Shown here in pieces: positions 27,981-39,200 of a stretch of 64,000 nucleotides of DNA (position 1 is the first letter of the stretch; each line of letters opens with the position of its first letter). The translations under genes were made by a program, and so were the position numbers. The notes beneath the pieces are model-generated. The model saw only the letters and a program-made list of their open reading frames with translations. It searched no databases and was not told the origin of the DNA. The DNA lies in IMG/VR virus record IMGVR_UViG_3300044712_001937, positions 1 to 64,000 of that record. The stretch is one strand, 5' to 3'.

Positions 27981-29152
27981 CCTTTTTTAATACAATCTAC
28001 AATATATTCTCTATCTTCAGGTGTAACCCACCAACCAACAGGTATTGATATTAATTTTGGTGTTATACTATCTAAATTAGGTAATAACGTCTTAAAATCA
28101 TGAACACAGCTATGAATATCATTTCTTTCATGTACTTGACTAACCATGATACCACATTCTTTCATATAATCCATAAAATCTTGTTTTCTTTCAACAAGCA
28201 TAGAATAAATCCAAAAAGCAGAATCCATTCTTGAATCTCTATCTAATAGAGTAACACCTGCAACATTTTTAAGATTATCATCATAATATTTTGCATTTTC
28301 TTTATGTTTTTTTATCACATTTTCATTAACATCCTTTAAATTTTCAAGACCAATAACAGCATTAACATCATTCATATGAAATTTAAAACCCCATTCCGGA
28401 ATATCACATTCACATCTAAAATCCTTTTTATTAGTTTCTCTATTAATACCATACCATCTCAATAATTTTGCCCTTCTATATAAGTTTTCATATGGAAGAA
28501 CCAAAGCACCACCATCAACCGAAGTTAAATGTTTAATTGCTTGAAAACTAAATGTACAAATATTACCATGACTACCAATAGGTTGACCTTTAAAATTACT
28601 ACCAAACGAATGTGCACAATCTTCAATAACAGCAGGTTTAAAACCAAAAGTTCTAATTGCGTCAGTTTGAATCTGTGCTATTTTATCTAAATCATTTGGA
28701 TATCCACCCCAATGAACCAACATTATTGCTTTGGTTGTTGGACTTATTTTTCTTGCTAAGTCATCCAAATCCATATTTAATGTTTTTGGGTCAATGTCCA
28801 CCCATTTAATTTTCAAATTATTAGCTAAAATTGGAAAATTACTTGCAGTACAAGTTAATGGTGTTGCTAAAACTTCATCACCATCCTGAATACCTTTCCA
28901 ATTATGTAAATCAACACCTGCACCATATATTGATACATTACCAGTAAATGGTTTTTTTAATAAATGTAAAGCTAAATGTTCAGCAGATGTTGCTGAATTA
29001 GTAGTAACAACATAATCACTTTTAAATTTTTCTTTTAATTTTAATTCAAATTCATCAACTTTACTACCTTGTCCGATATATCCGGAATCTAATATTATGC
29101 CAGCAGCGTCTTTAGCTGTTTTAGACATATAAACTTTAAATAATTGTATCAT
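27974..29152 (-). CDS. DegT/DnrJ/EryC1/StrS PLP-dependent sugar aminotransferase
   Basis: NSATSA, VHWGG, IEDCAHSFG, SFQAIKHLTSVDGG (catalytic Lys). Confidence 0.92.
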   Translation of the reverse strand: MIQLFKVYMSKTAKDAAGIILDSGYIGQGSKVDEFELKLKEKFKSDYVVTTNSATSAEHLALHLLKKPFTGNVSIYGAGVDLHNWKGIQDGDEVLATPLTCTASNFPILANNLKIKWVDIDPKTLNMDLDDLARKISPTTKAIMLVHWGGYPNDLDKIAQIQTDAIRTFGFKPAVIEDCAHSFGSNFKGQPIGSHGNICTFSFQAIKHLTSVDGGALVLPYENLYRRAKLLRWYGINRETNKKDFRCECDIPEWGFKFHMNDVNAVIGLENLKDVNENVIKKHKENAKYYDDNLKNVAGVTLLDRDSRMDSAFWIYSMLVERKQDFMDYMKECGIMVSQVHERNDIHSCVHDFKTLLPNLDSITPKLISIPVGWWVTPEDREYIVDCIKKGW

Positions 29153-29154
29153 AG

Positions 29155-29895
29155 TTATTTTTTTATTTCATTACAGTAATTTATTATTTTCATAATCCTT
29201 TCACGATGATAAGGTGTTCTCCATTCTCTTGCAAACCATGTGTGATAAGCAAAATCAACACCTTTATGGTTTTTTACAACAGTGGTAAAATCATCATCAG
29301 GATAATCATAACCATTCAAATATTCAATTTTATAGTTATTTCTTAACAACCAGAAAAATAATTTATATGTAGGTTCAAAATTATCATATATAACACCATA
29401 TGGAAGATAACCCGGTGCTATTATCCTACTAAATTTTTCCTGATAAGGTCTATTTGTGTTAATTATATGATGTGGAATATATTTATCTAAATCATGGTCA
29501 TATTTCATTATATTAGCTTCAGCTAATGTATATTTTTTTCTCAATTCACCAACATTAATTATTGCAAAAAAAGCAATTATTGAAATTGGATTATGAAACC
29601 TATGACTAATAACACCACCATCAGGAACACCAGAACAATGAATATTATTCTCAATTTGATAATTTAATAAGTCAAGTAAAGCTTCTTTATCAGTAATAAT
29701 ACAATCTTCATCAATATATATTATCCAATCACAATCAAATCTTGGGTCAGTCATCATATAATTAAAAAATTGGAATCCATAAAAATGATTGCTACCATCA
29801 ACTCCAATCATTTCAAATCCAAAATCTTTATAAAATTCTTTAGTTTTAGAATATAATTCTTCACTCTGATAATTTGTAACTAATTTAATATTCAT
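29155..29895 (-). CDS. GT-A-like glycosyltransferase
   Basis: IYIDEDC DxD motif; island context. Confidence 0.55.
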   Translation of the reverse strand: MNIKLVTNYQSEELYSKTKEFYKDFGFEMIGVDGSNHFYGFQFFNYMMTDPRFDCDWIIYIDEDCIITDKEALLDLLNYQIENNIHCSGVPDGGVISHRFHNPISIIAFFAIINVGELRKKYTLAEANIMKYDHDLDKYIPHHIINTNRPYQEKFSRIIAPGYLPYGVIYDNFEPTYKLFFWLLRNNYKIEYLNGYDYPDDDFTTVVKNHKGVDFAYHTWFAREWRTPYHRERIMKIINYCNEIKK

Positions 29896-29896
29896 T

Positions 29897-30688
29897 TTAT
29901 ATTTTATTTAAATGATTATATCCAATTTCATTTATTTTATTAATAACCATATCAATCCTAAATGATTCATATTCTCTTAATAATTTAACATTATTCTCAT
30001 AATTCTCACTTGTTGTGTCAGTAATGGCATTCCCCTTATATATTGAATTATTTTCAACATAATTTCTACTATGATATAAGTGATATACTTTATAATTAGG
30101 TCTTAAAATATTATAAAAATGTTTTGCTTTACAAAAAAAAGCATTATCTTCTGCACCATAACCTATAAATCTTGGGTCATATCCACCAAGTTTATAATAA
30201 ATGTCCGATTTAATTAAAAACAATCCACCAACAGATTTTACTTGTCTAAAATTTAAATCTAATTGTGAAAAATTTAAAGTATTATCAAATATAGATTTAG
30301 TTTGATTTTCAGTTAAATCCATAACTGAACTTTCATACGGAATTATAATACTATTTTCCATTGTAGTTTTAAATGATTCAACATCTTTATTAATATCATT
30401 AAAAAATGCTTCATCAAGAATACAATCATTATCAGTAAACAAGATATAGTTTGAAGTAACTTCTTTAAAACCTGAATTTAATGCTAAAGCTCTACAAAAA
30501 TAATGAATTCCTGAATTTATTTTAAGATGAATAAGATTATCAAAATAATCAATATTAGTCTCACTATCCATTTCAGCAACTATTATTTTTGAATTAGGTA
30601 GTTGTTTTCTATAATGAGAAATTGCATATTTCAAATTATTTTCTCTATCTATCGTGCTATTTTTGTGAATTATAACTACATCAATCAT
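29897..30688 (-). CDS. GT2/GT7C-type glycosyltransferase
   Basis: FTDNDC and GGYDPRFIGYGAED. Confidence 0.8.
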   Translation of the reverse strand: MIDVVIIHKNSTIDRENNLKYAISHYRKQLPNSKIIVAEMDSETNIDYFDNLIHLKINSGIHYFCRALALNSGFKEVTSNYILFTDNDCILDEAFFNDINKDVESFKTTMENSIIIPYESSVMDLTENQTKSIFDNTLNFSQLDLNFRQVKSVGGLFLIKSDIYYKLGGYDPRFIGYGAEDNAFFCKAKHFYNILRPNYKVYHLYHSRNYVENNSIYKGNAITDTTSENYENNVKLLREYESFRIDMVINKINEIGYNHLNKI

Positions 30689-31433
30689 GTTTAATTAAAT
30701 GTTTAAATCCAATGTCATTTATGATTTTTTTGTTATCAATATCTAAATATTCTTTATAAAAATTAAAATTATCTGGATAATGAGGGTTTGAAGCTCCATC
30801 ATTAACACCTTTCGAATGATTCATATGAACTAAATCATAGTCAAGTCTAACCAAACCTAAAACATTTTTACCTTTCACAAAAAAAGCATCATCCTCTCCA
30901 CCCCACCCAATAAATCTTGGGTCATGTCCACCAATATTATAATAATTTTCTGAACTAATCATCACAATTCCACCATTAGATTGAAATGGTCTTTTAATTA
31001 AATCTAATGCGCCATAACTAAAATCTTTATGTTTCTTTATTAAATTAATTGTTTGATACTCATTTAAATTAATTACAGGACGATTATAAGGCAATATTAA
31101 ATGTTTATTCCAAATATCGATTAAACCATTTATGTTATACATAATATTTGGATGTAAAATACAATCATTATCATTAAAAATTAATAACTTATTTTTACTA
31201 ATATTATACCCTTCATTAAGCAATAATGATTTACAAAATAATGGTTCTTCAGTTTTTATTTTAAAATGAGTATTAACTAAATCATTTATTTCAGTAATAT
31301 CAGTTTCAGTATTCTGCTCGATAATAATTATATTTGCATTAGGTAGATATTCTTTATAATATTTCACAACAAAAAATAGATTTCTATTTCTATAATCATC
31401 AACAGCACAATGCGGTATTATTATATCAATCAT
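30681..31433 (-). CDS. GT2/GT7C-type glycosyltransferase (tandem paralog)
   Basis: FNDNDC and GGHDPRFIGWGGED. Confidence 0.8.
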   Translation of the reverse strand: MIDIIIPHCAVDDYRNRNLFFVVKYYKEYLPNANIIIIEQNTETDITEINDLVNTHFKIKTEEPLFCKSLLLNEGYNISKNKLLIFNDNDCILHPNIMYNINGLIDIWNKHLILPYNRPVINLNEYQTINLIKKHKDFSYGALDLIKRPFQSNGGIVMISSENYYNIGGHDPRFIGWGGEDDAFFVKGKNVLGLVRLDYDLVHMNHSKGVNDGASNPHYPDNFNFYKEYLDIDNKKIINDIGFKHLIKHD

Positions 31434-32341
31434 ACTTCATCATATTTATTCGTAATACATCTAATTTTAATTTCATTAATCATATATTCTTCAGGAATTT
31501 GATTAATAAGTTCTTGTCTTAATTCAATATTGTTTGTTGTAATTTGTTCACTATGAACTCTTCTATAAAAGAGAAAATTATCAATAGTATATATTTTTAC
31601 AAAATTTTTCAATCTTTCAATAAATTCAAAATCTGCAGCAGTTTTCCAAGGTAAATAACCACCTGATATTTCAAAAACATTTTTTTTGAAATATATAGCA
31701 CCATTAGCAGCATTGGGTCTTAATCCACCTTTAATTTTTTTTAAAGAATCAATATAATCAATATATTTAAATTTGATAATATCATAATTCTCTGAATACG
31801 ACATAATTTCATTAATTAAGTATGGTGTCATAATATCATCACTATCAAATCTAATTAAATTATCATATTTAGCTAATTTTAATAAAGTATTAGTTGTAAC
31901 ATAAGTTCCTTTATTATTTTTCATCATATAAACTTTCAAATTTCTATATTTATGACGAATTTCATTTACTTTAACTAAAGTATCATTACAACAATCAATA
32001 CCAATTAATATTTCATAATTATTATTATCATTAAAATATGTTTGTTTTTCAATTGAATTTAAACAATCTTCAATAAAATTTTGAGATTTATAGGCAGTTA
32101 TTATAATAGAAATTGGTTTTTTATCCTCTAAAATAGGTGAATATATAAATGAGTCTGTATGTTGACCTACTCTTTGTAATAATTGTGAATTGTTATATGA
32201 TGTTAATACACTACCAGAACATCTTATTTCACTACAAATTCTTATTTTATTTCTATCATTCACTTTATTTAAATTTTTATGATGATTTTTATATTCAATT
32301 TTTTTTACAATAAATTTTTTAACATTAATCTTCTTTTTCAT
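31430..32341 (-). CDS. GT2 glycosyltransferase
   Basis: SIIITAYK, RFDSDD, AADFEF. Confidence 0.85.
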   Translation of the reverse strand: MKKKINVKKFIVKKIEYKNHHKNLNKVNDRNKIRICSEIRCSGSVLTSYNNSQLLQRVGQHTDSFIYSPILEDKKPISIIITAYKSQNFIEDCLNSIEKQTYFNDNNNYEILIGIDCCNDTLVKVNEIRHKYRNLKVYMMKNNKGTYVTTNTLLKLAKYDNLIRFDSDDIMTPYLINEIMSYSENYDIIKFKYIDYIDSLKKIKGGLRPNAANGAIYFKKNVFEISGGYLPWKTAADFEFIERLKNFVKIYTIDNFLFYRRVHSEQITTNNIELRQELINQIPEEYMINEIKIRCITNKYDEV

Positions 32342-32359
32342 ATAATAATAAATACACTT

Positions 32360-32845
32360 TTACATTTTTTCATTTTCAAGTATAGACATAATTATCGAAT
32401 TTACCCACTGACCATTTTTTAAAACTTCATCCCTTTTAATTCCTTCGTATACAAAATTTAATTTTTGATATAAATTAATTGCTCGTTGATTTGTTTCTAA
32501 AACTTCTAACGAAATTTTATGTAAATTAAATTTTTCAAATAAAAAAGGAATAAATTTATTATAACTTTCATATGCAAGACCCAATCCCCTAAAATCTTTA
32601 TGTAAATCTGCACCAATATATATGTTTCTATTTTCAATAGAATAATTACTTGTTCTAAAATATCCTATACGATATTTTTCATCTAAAATAATTATCCAAA
32701 ACTTAGGATTTGTTTTATTATACCAATCAATAGTTTGGTCAAGAGTATATTTATTTGAATTATGTAAATATTCTTCACAACATTCATTTCTAATTTCATT
32801 TAAAAAAGGTAAATCTTCATATTTTAATTCATAAAATTCTAACAT
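32360..32845 (-). CDS. GNAT N-acetyltransferase (PseH/RimJ-like)
   Basis: FRGLGLA, LEVLETNQRAINLYQKLNFVYEG. Confidence 0.85.
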   Translation of the reverse strand: MLEFYELKYEDLPFLNEIRNECCEEYLHNSNKYTLDQTIDWYNKTNPKFWIIILDEKYRIGYFRTSNYSIENRNIYIGADLHKDFRGLGLAYESYNKFIPFLFEKFNLHKISLEVLETNQRAINLYQKLNFVYEGIKRDEVLKNGQWVNSIIMSILENEKM

Positions 32846-33543
32846 AAAATATTTTGAATTGGCGTAAAAATCTTTTCATTATTTTTTGCATTTGGTAACG
32901 AGTAATCCCATACTTTAGCATGTACGTAAAAATCGACCAAATATTGATTTCGATAATCAATTAATTTAATACCATTTTCAAATAAAAATCGTGAAAATGC
33001 AACTTGATAATTAGTGTGATGAAAAATAAAATATGGATTTAATTTAGCGTATTCATCAAACCAAACATTATATTTATGTTTTTCAAATAATTTTTTTATT
33101 GTATTTTTAGATATAATTCCATTAGAAACTTCACAATGAAAAACTGCATAATTTTCACTAATTTTTGAGCATAAATAACTACCCTCTTCATAAATTTCAA
33201 TCAATTTTTTATCAAAATTATGAGTTCCCGGAACATAATCATCTTCAATAAAGATAAAATAATCAAAATCGTCCAAAAATAATTCAATTGCTTTCATCCA
33301 TTGACCATAAGATTGATATTTATTCTCACAATCGATTATTTTTATTTTATCATTTAATTCAATATCATAATAAGTATTATGAATAGGATTAAACGGTTTC
33401 ATTATAGTTATTTGGTCAATATTATTTTTAATTTTATTTAACTCAAGAATATGTCTTTTTAAAACACTCTGATAATAATTAAAATCAGAATATCCATTAA
33501 TCCTTTGTCCACTCCAAGTTGCAATTATGTAATTTATTTTCAT
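32839..33543 (-). CDS. GT-A-like glycosyltransferase (paralog of 24561..25244)
   Basis: FIFIEDDY; near-identical blocks with 24561..25244. Confidence 0.55.
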   Translation of the reverse strand: MKINYIIATWSGQRINGYSDFNYYQSVLKRHILELNKIKNNIDQITIMKPFNPIHNTYYDIELNDKIKIIDCENKYQSYGQWMKAIELFLDDFDYFIFIEDDYVPGTHNFDKKLIEIYEEGSYLCSKISENYAVFHCEVSNGIISKNTIKKLFEKHKYNVWFDEYAKLNPYFIFHHTNYQVAFSRFLFENGIKLIDYRNQYLVDFYVHAKVWDYSLPNAKNNEKIFTPIQNILC

Positions 33544-34337
33544 TTAAAATTATTTAACTCAAATAATGGCTCGACTTTTTTTAATTTTAAAAAACCATAT
33601 TCATTCATTCCAGTTAAACTATCATCACTCCAATCATTATAATATTTAATCAATTTTTGAATATGTTCTTCATTATCATAATTTAGTCTTTTAGCAGCAT
33701 TTCTAATTTTACTTTCAATATTTTTTCTAACCAATGTCATATGATGCATTTGAATAAATTCTGGTTCAAATACTTTATAATAACCATAATCAGGTCTTCT
33801 TGTAGGGTCTACAAGCACTGGTGAATATTGATTTAATATAAAAGAGACTTTATTATTTTTTATTGGAAAAAATAAACTAACATGAGTATCATGAGGTTTA
33901 TCTATAATAAGTGAAGGTGATTTATAATAATCAATAAAATCTGCAAATCCTACAAAATTTGGATTATTTTTATACCAATCTATTAAATTACTAAATTGTC
34001 CTTCAGTATAAAATTCATCACAATCCATTGACATATGATGAGTACAATAATGTTTTCTCGATAATTCAATTCCAATATTTCTTTTATTTATTTGATTATA
34101 ATGAGGTATTGGATATTGTTTATTTTCATAATGAACTACATCATCCACAAGTCCATCAGCCTTTAAATCATTTAATAATTTAATTAAATTATCTGAACAT
34201 TTATTTCCCCAATATGATTCGCTTTGATATACTACTGAAATATAATCAACGAAATCTCTTATTTGTAATATTGAATCTTCGAGCAATTCTTCGCCATCAA
34301 ATATATTATAACTAACACCAAATTTAATGAAACCCAT
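33540..34337 (-). CDS. GT-A-like glycosyltransferase
   Basis: MSMDCDEFY DxD motif; island context. Confidence 0.55.
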   Translation of the reverse strand: MGFIKFGVSYNIFDGEELLEDSILQIRDFVDYISVVYQSESYWGNKCSDNLIKLLNDLKADGLVDDVVHYENKQYPIPHYNQINKRNIGIELSRKHYCTHHMSMDCDEFYTEGQFSNLIDWYKNNPNFVGFADFIDYYKSPSLIIDKPHDTHVSLFFPIKNNKVSFILNQYSPVLVDPTRRPDYGYYKVFEPEFIQMHHMTLVRKNIESKIRNAAKRLNYDNEEHIQKLIKYYNDWSDDSLTGMNEYGFLKLKKVEPLFELNNFK

Positions 34338-34340
34338 AAA

Positions 34341-35846
34341 CTATTTAATTAATCTAATAAACTTATTTAATTTTTCTTTATTTTTTAAATAAAATGGATG
34401 TAATCTTTCAAAATAATCCTTATTTAATTTGACTATTTTATCTTCACTTTTATTTCTCGATAATGACTCGTAATGAAAAGCAACTGCATCACTTACTGTA
34501 ATATTTTTTTTATTAAGTAATAAACATTCCATGTTTAATTCAACATCTTCAAAACATTCAATATAATTTTCATTAAAACATCCAATTTCATTAAATAATG
34601 TTTTATTAATCAATAAAAATGCTCCAGTATTACCTAAAGAATTATAATTTATATTTTTAGAATAATTATCAGATTTTCCAATATCTGCATGAGATAAATG
34701 AATATTTTCAGTATTATCTCTCACAATTGTTATTCCATTATGTTGAATTGATGCATCAGCATAGTGTAGTCTAATTCCAATAGTACCAGCAAGACTACCA
34801 TAATTATTATAAACATTAACACATCTACTTAATACATCATTTAATAATTTCACATCATCATTACAAAATAATATGAGTTCAGAATCTGGTGATATATGGT
34901 TTTTAACCATATCATTATTAATTTTACCAAAATTGTAATAATCATATTTAACTAATTTAACCTTTTCACTTAAAATTTGGTCATATTGTTTAATAGTTTC
35001 TTCATTACTTCCGGTATCTGCAATCAATATCTCATAATTTTCATAATTAACAACATCATTCCAAGAATTAATATTATTAATTAATATATTTGCATGATTT
35101 TTTGTTGGAATTATAACACTAACCTTTGGCTGGGGTTTTACATTGATAAAATCTTCATCAAATTGTGGATATACTGTTAATGGTAAATCATTTTTATATT
35201 TTAAAACAAATTGTGCTCTATTATTTTCCCATTCTTGATTTGTCATTCCAATCGACTTATGTAATATCCTAATTGCAGTAGTTACACCAATATTGCAACC
35301 ATCAAGATAATTTGGAGTACAAAAACCTAAATCATAAAAATGAAAACCTTTAAAATCTTCATCAAATTTATGAATTATAGTATCCGGATTAAATGTCATA
35401 AATAACCCATCTATCAATACAACATCTTTTGTATTCGGAATTTCTTCTGAATATTTACTAACCCAAGTACTATAACTGTCAGTATGTTCAACAATACCAC
35501 ACATTTTAGATGTATTATCCCACCATCTTCCTGAATTTGGTAGATAAGTCGAGCCAGCAACACCTATTATATCAAAATAAGTATTATTATATTTAGTTAA
35601 TAACAATCTACCCCAATTTTTTGTTTTTATAACTATATCATTATGACAAACAACAAAAATACAATCTTTTTCAATATGGTTTAAAATCGCATTATTATAT
35701 ATTTCAGACAATGAATACTGATTAAAATTAGGATAACAAATTGTTTTATGTTTAACACCAATAGTTTCATCAATATGTTTTATAAAACTATCGTTATCTT
35801 CTTTAGATAAATGAGAGGAAAATACTACTACTATATTATTTTTCAT
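34341..35846 (-). CDS. Two-domain glycosyltransferase (GT2-like + GT2)
   Basis: VCHNDI...IDGLF...FHFYD domain, then VSVIIPTK...FCNDDV...FEDVEL domain. Confidence 0.8.
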   Translation of the reverse strand: MKNNIVVVFSSHLSKEDNDSFIKHIDETIGVKHKTICYPNFNQYSLSEIYNNAILNHIEKDCIFVVCHNDIVIKTKNWGRLLLTKYNNTYFDIIGVAGSTYLPNSGRWWDNTSKMCGIVEHTDSYSTWVSKYSEEIPNTKDVVLIDGLFMTFNPDTIIHKFDEDFKGFHFYDLGFCTPNYLDGCNIGVTTAIRILHKSIGMTNQEWENNRAQFVLKYKNDLPLTVYPQFDEDFINVKPQPKVSVIIPTKNHANILINNINSWNDVVNYENYEILIADTGSNEETIKQYDQILSEKVKLVKYDYYNFGKINNDMVKNHISPDSELILFCNDDVKLLNDVLSRCVNVYNNYGSLAGTIGIRLHYADASIQHNGITIVRDNTENIHLSHADIGKSDNYSKNINYNSLGNTGAFLLINKTLFNEIGCFNENYIECFEDVELNMECLLLNKKNITVSDAVAFHYESLSRNKSEDKIVKLNKDYFERLHPFYLKNKEKLNKFIRLIK

Positions 35847-35866
35847 TATATATGCAAATTAATTCA

Positions 35867-35897
35867 CAAACATAATAAAATTTAATCTAATTGTCAA
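35867..35897 (-). promoter_or_regulatory. Bacteroidota-type promoter upstream of the glycosylation island
   Basis: TTG (35897-35895), 20-nt spacer, TATGTTTG (35874-35867). Confidence 0.55.
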
Positions 35898-36214
35898 GCA
35901 TTATTATTTTTAAAAGTAGTTAAAATTGACTCATAATCAGACTTAACTTTTGCAAGTGGAAATGGTATTCTAATCAAAGTTCCATCTGGAATATCAAATT
36001 CATTTAGATATTGTGGATTAGCATATAAAATCAAAAAATCAAAAAATGGATTACCATAATATTTTTGTGATAATTTATCTAATCTACTAAAATTAACATT
36101 CCAATTTTCAAATTTATCACCAACATTTTTAGGTAAATCTACAAATGGCATTATTTCAGTAGTACCATCGTCTTTTTTTAATATTGAATATCTATTATAA
36201 TCTGCTGTTGGCAT
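35894..36214 (-). CDS. LysM/gp53-like baseplate protein
   Basis: RLDKLSQKYYGNP...ILYANP...IPDGTLIRIP. Confidence 0.7.
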   Translation of the reverse strand: MPTADYNRYSILKKDDGTTEIMPFVDLPKNVGDKFENWNVNFSRLDKLSQKYYGNPFFDFLILYANPQYLNEFDIPDGTLIRIPFPLAKVKSDYESILTTFKNNNA

Positions 36215-36219
36215 TTTTA

Positions 36220-39200
36220 TTATTTTTTATTTTTATTATTGTAATCCTCTATCAATTTATTTCTTGAAGTTGTCACAACATTATTTATATACGATAATTG
36301 TTTATCAGCTACATCTGAAGGTAATGAATATAATCCACTTTTAGTAAATGATGAATTAGCATAATAATTAAAAGAAACTGCATTTTGAAGCGCATCGACA
36401 GGTCCTGACAACGATTGACCACCTAATAGTTTCATATTTAGTGTAATATTTGCAATCATTGGTTGAACACCAAAACCTTCCGGATTAGTATCCCAAATTC
36501 CTTCATCATAATCAATAGTTATATTTTCAATAATTACTTTAGTAAATTGAAAATCGCCTAATCTTAAAATACAAATTGGTTGACGACCAAATACTGAATT
36601 TTTAGCAGTTACTACATTACTACTTGTATTATTTTCATCTGGTTTTGTATAATATCTAACAGCAGCACCTTGTCTTGTACATTGTTGTAAAAATGTTAAT
36701 CTTTTATGAAAATCTTCAGGAGTTTGTGAATGAAAAACTGGTGAAAAGTAATGATTTTTTACAGCTTTACCTATATTTAATGATGCTTCATCATCTATTT
36801 TTCTTTCAGAATATAATATTTTATTTTGAGCAAGTTTAATTTTAGCGTTAATATCATCAAGTTCAAGTTTTAATTTATTCCATAATTCAAAATCTTTTGG
36901 ATTTAATTTAGTTTCATCCATAGGCATTGATTTTCCATTTGGAACTATTTTAAAACTTGCATATCTTTCCATTTTTACAGAAGTACTATACATAACATCT
37001 TCTTGACTACTTTCAGTTCTACTTAATGGTGTTGAAGCTTCATCTCCTAACGGATTTTGTTCTACTTCAATTTCAGTAGTCCAATCGCCACAAATTTCTT
37101 TTAATCTGGCATAAACTAATGCTGTAAAAAATGTAATTCTTCTTTGACTTAATTCGTAATTATATCCCTTTTTTTCATGATTTAGATAAGAAGCACCTCC
37201 ATTAATAACTATTTTATAATAATTTTTATTATCTTCATTATTTTTAAAAGCATCAGATAACATTTGATTTAAAGTACATTTATGACCAAAATCACCATCA
37301 ATTTCTTTATTAAAAAATTGAGTAAATCCTATTGGAAGTGCAGTTTTATCTAAATATCTAAGAGTTGGATTAGCTTGTTTTAATCCTTTAACTACAAAAA
37401 CATCTTTATTTAATCCATTACTTAATGACATTGAATTCATACAATATTCATCAATTTCATAATTATATTTTAAATATAATTCATCAGCCAATCCAGTTAA
37501 ATTACCCATATCACTTTTAGTTGGGTAATCATTTGGAAAGAAAAAATATAATACTTTATCGCTTACATTAGGAATACTTTGAATATTAGGTTTATTATTT
37601 TTAAATATATTTCCTAATTCAATTTCAATTTCATTTCTTCTTGTTTTTAACTTTTCAATATTATATTCTGGAAGCGCATCACCTCCAAATGCGAAAAATT
37701 CTGCACTTTTTTTATGTGCTTCATTATCTTTATTATATTGATTTAAATTTTCAGGATAATCCATTAATAATGTAAAACTTAATGTTGCACCTCTTTCAGA
37801 ATTTTGATAATTATACATAGGTTCATTACGACCAACCATAACAGTTGATTCAAATTTTGCATTAGATGTTTCATTAAATTTAATATTATAAGGTGGAAAC
37901 CACATAACACGTCCACCAAATTGTCCAACTTCTTCTAAAGGTATTGGTGAACCATTTTCATCATCAATTATTCCACTATCACCATTACTTATTGTTTTAA
38001 TTGCAAGATTTTCAATAGTAAACATTAAGTTTTTATTATTTGGAACATTTAAATTTTTATCATCTTTAGGTGTTTCTGTTGGATGAATTCGAGGTAATAT
38101 AGTTGAATTAATTACAGAATTTGGATTTCCATTATAAAGATTATTACCATTAAATCTAATTGCTTTTGTAAAATTTTTACCATACGAATCTAAAATACTG
38201 TGTTGACGAATGCCAATGCTTGAGTTATGACCAATTTCAGAACCATCAGAAAAACCATTTCCTTTAGCATATTTACTTTCATTAGATTTCCATAATGGCG
38301 AACCATTATAACCTTCAATATTTTCTCCTGAATTTTTAAATGCTTTTCTTGTAATATCAACTTTATGTCCATTAGTTGCAGTTACTAAATTTTTAGTAAA
38401 TTCTAATAAACCAGCACGAATATTGAATGATGAATCTAAAGAATTATTAATTTGTGCACTATTTTTACTTGTATCAGTAAGTGCTCTTAAATCATCTAAA
38501 GTACCATCAACATGTTTATTAACACCATCTCTACCCCATATTAATTTATCAGTATCGTAATCAAATTTAAATTCTTGATTAGCATGTTCTGATGACCATT
38601 TAAATAAATCTGAGTTATTAACAGTATTTTTATAACTACTTCCTAAATTATTATAAACATATTCATTACTTGGTGCATATTCCCCAATATTATCATCATT
38701 ATCACTTTGTTTTCGAGTATATGACAATTTCATTTCATCATTAGCTACTGTAATAAAAGGATATGAATTTTTATCGATAATAATATCATCATAAGGATGA
38801 AAATAACTATTATCAAAATTATAGTAAACATGTTTATATATATTTCCGTCTCTATTTTTTATTTTCTTTTTATCAGCATAAGTTTCTAATAAATTTTCAT
38901 TAGCACCATTAATATATAAATTATTATTTAATTGATTAGCTAATAAACTTAATTGAGCTTTTCCAGTATTTGCAACATAACTATAATTAGTAGATTCAGA
39001 ATTAAAAGGATAATCATTTTTATTAGTAGTATATACAATTTGATTAATAAAATTTTCAAAAGTTGTTACTTCATTTTTTCTTGTAATTCTATAATCTGTA
39101 AAAGGAGTAAATAAATTAGTACTATCGTCCTTATCTAATAAATTACCGATATTAATTGAAGGTAATTGTTGTTGTAAATTAGATGTTATATTATAAGCAA

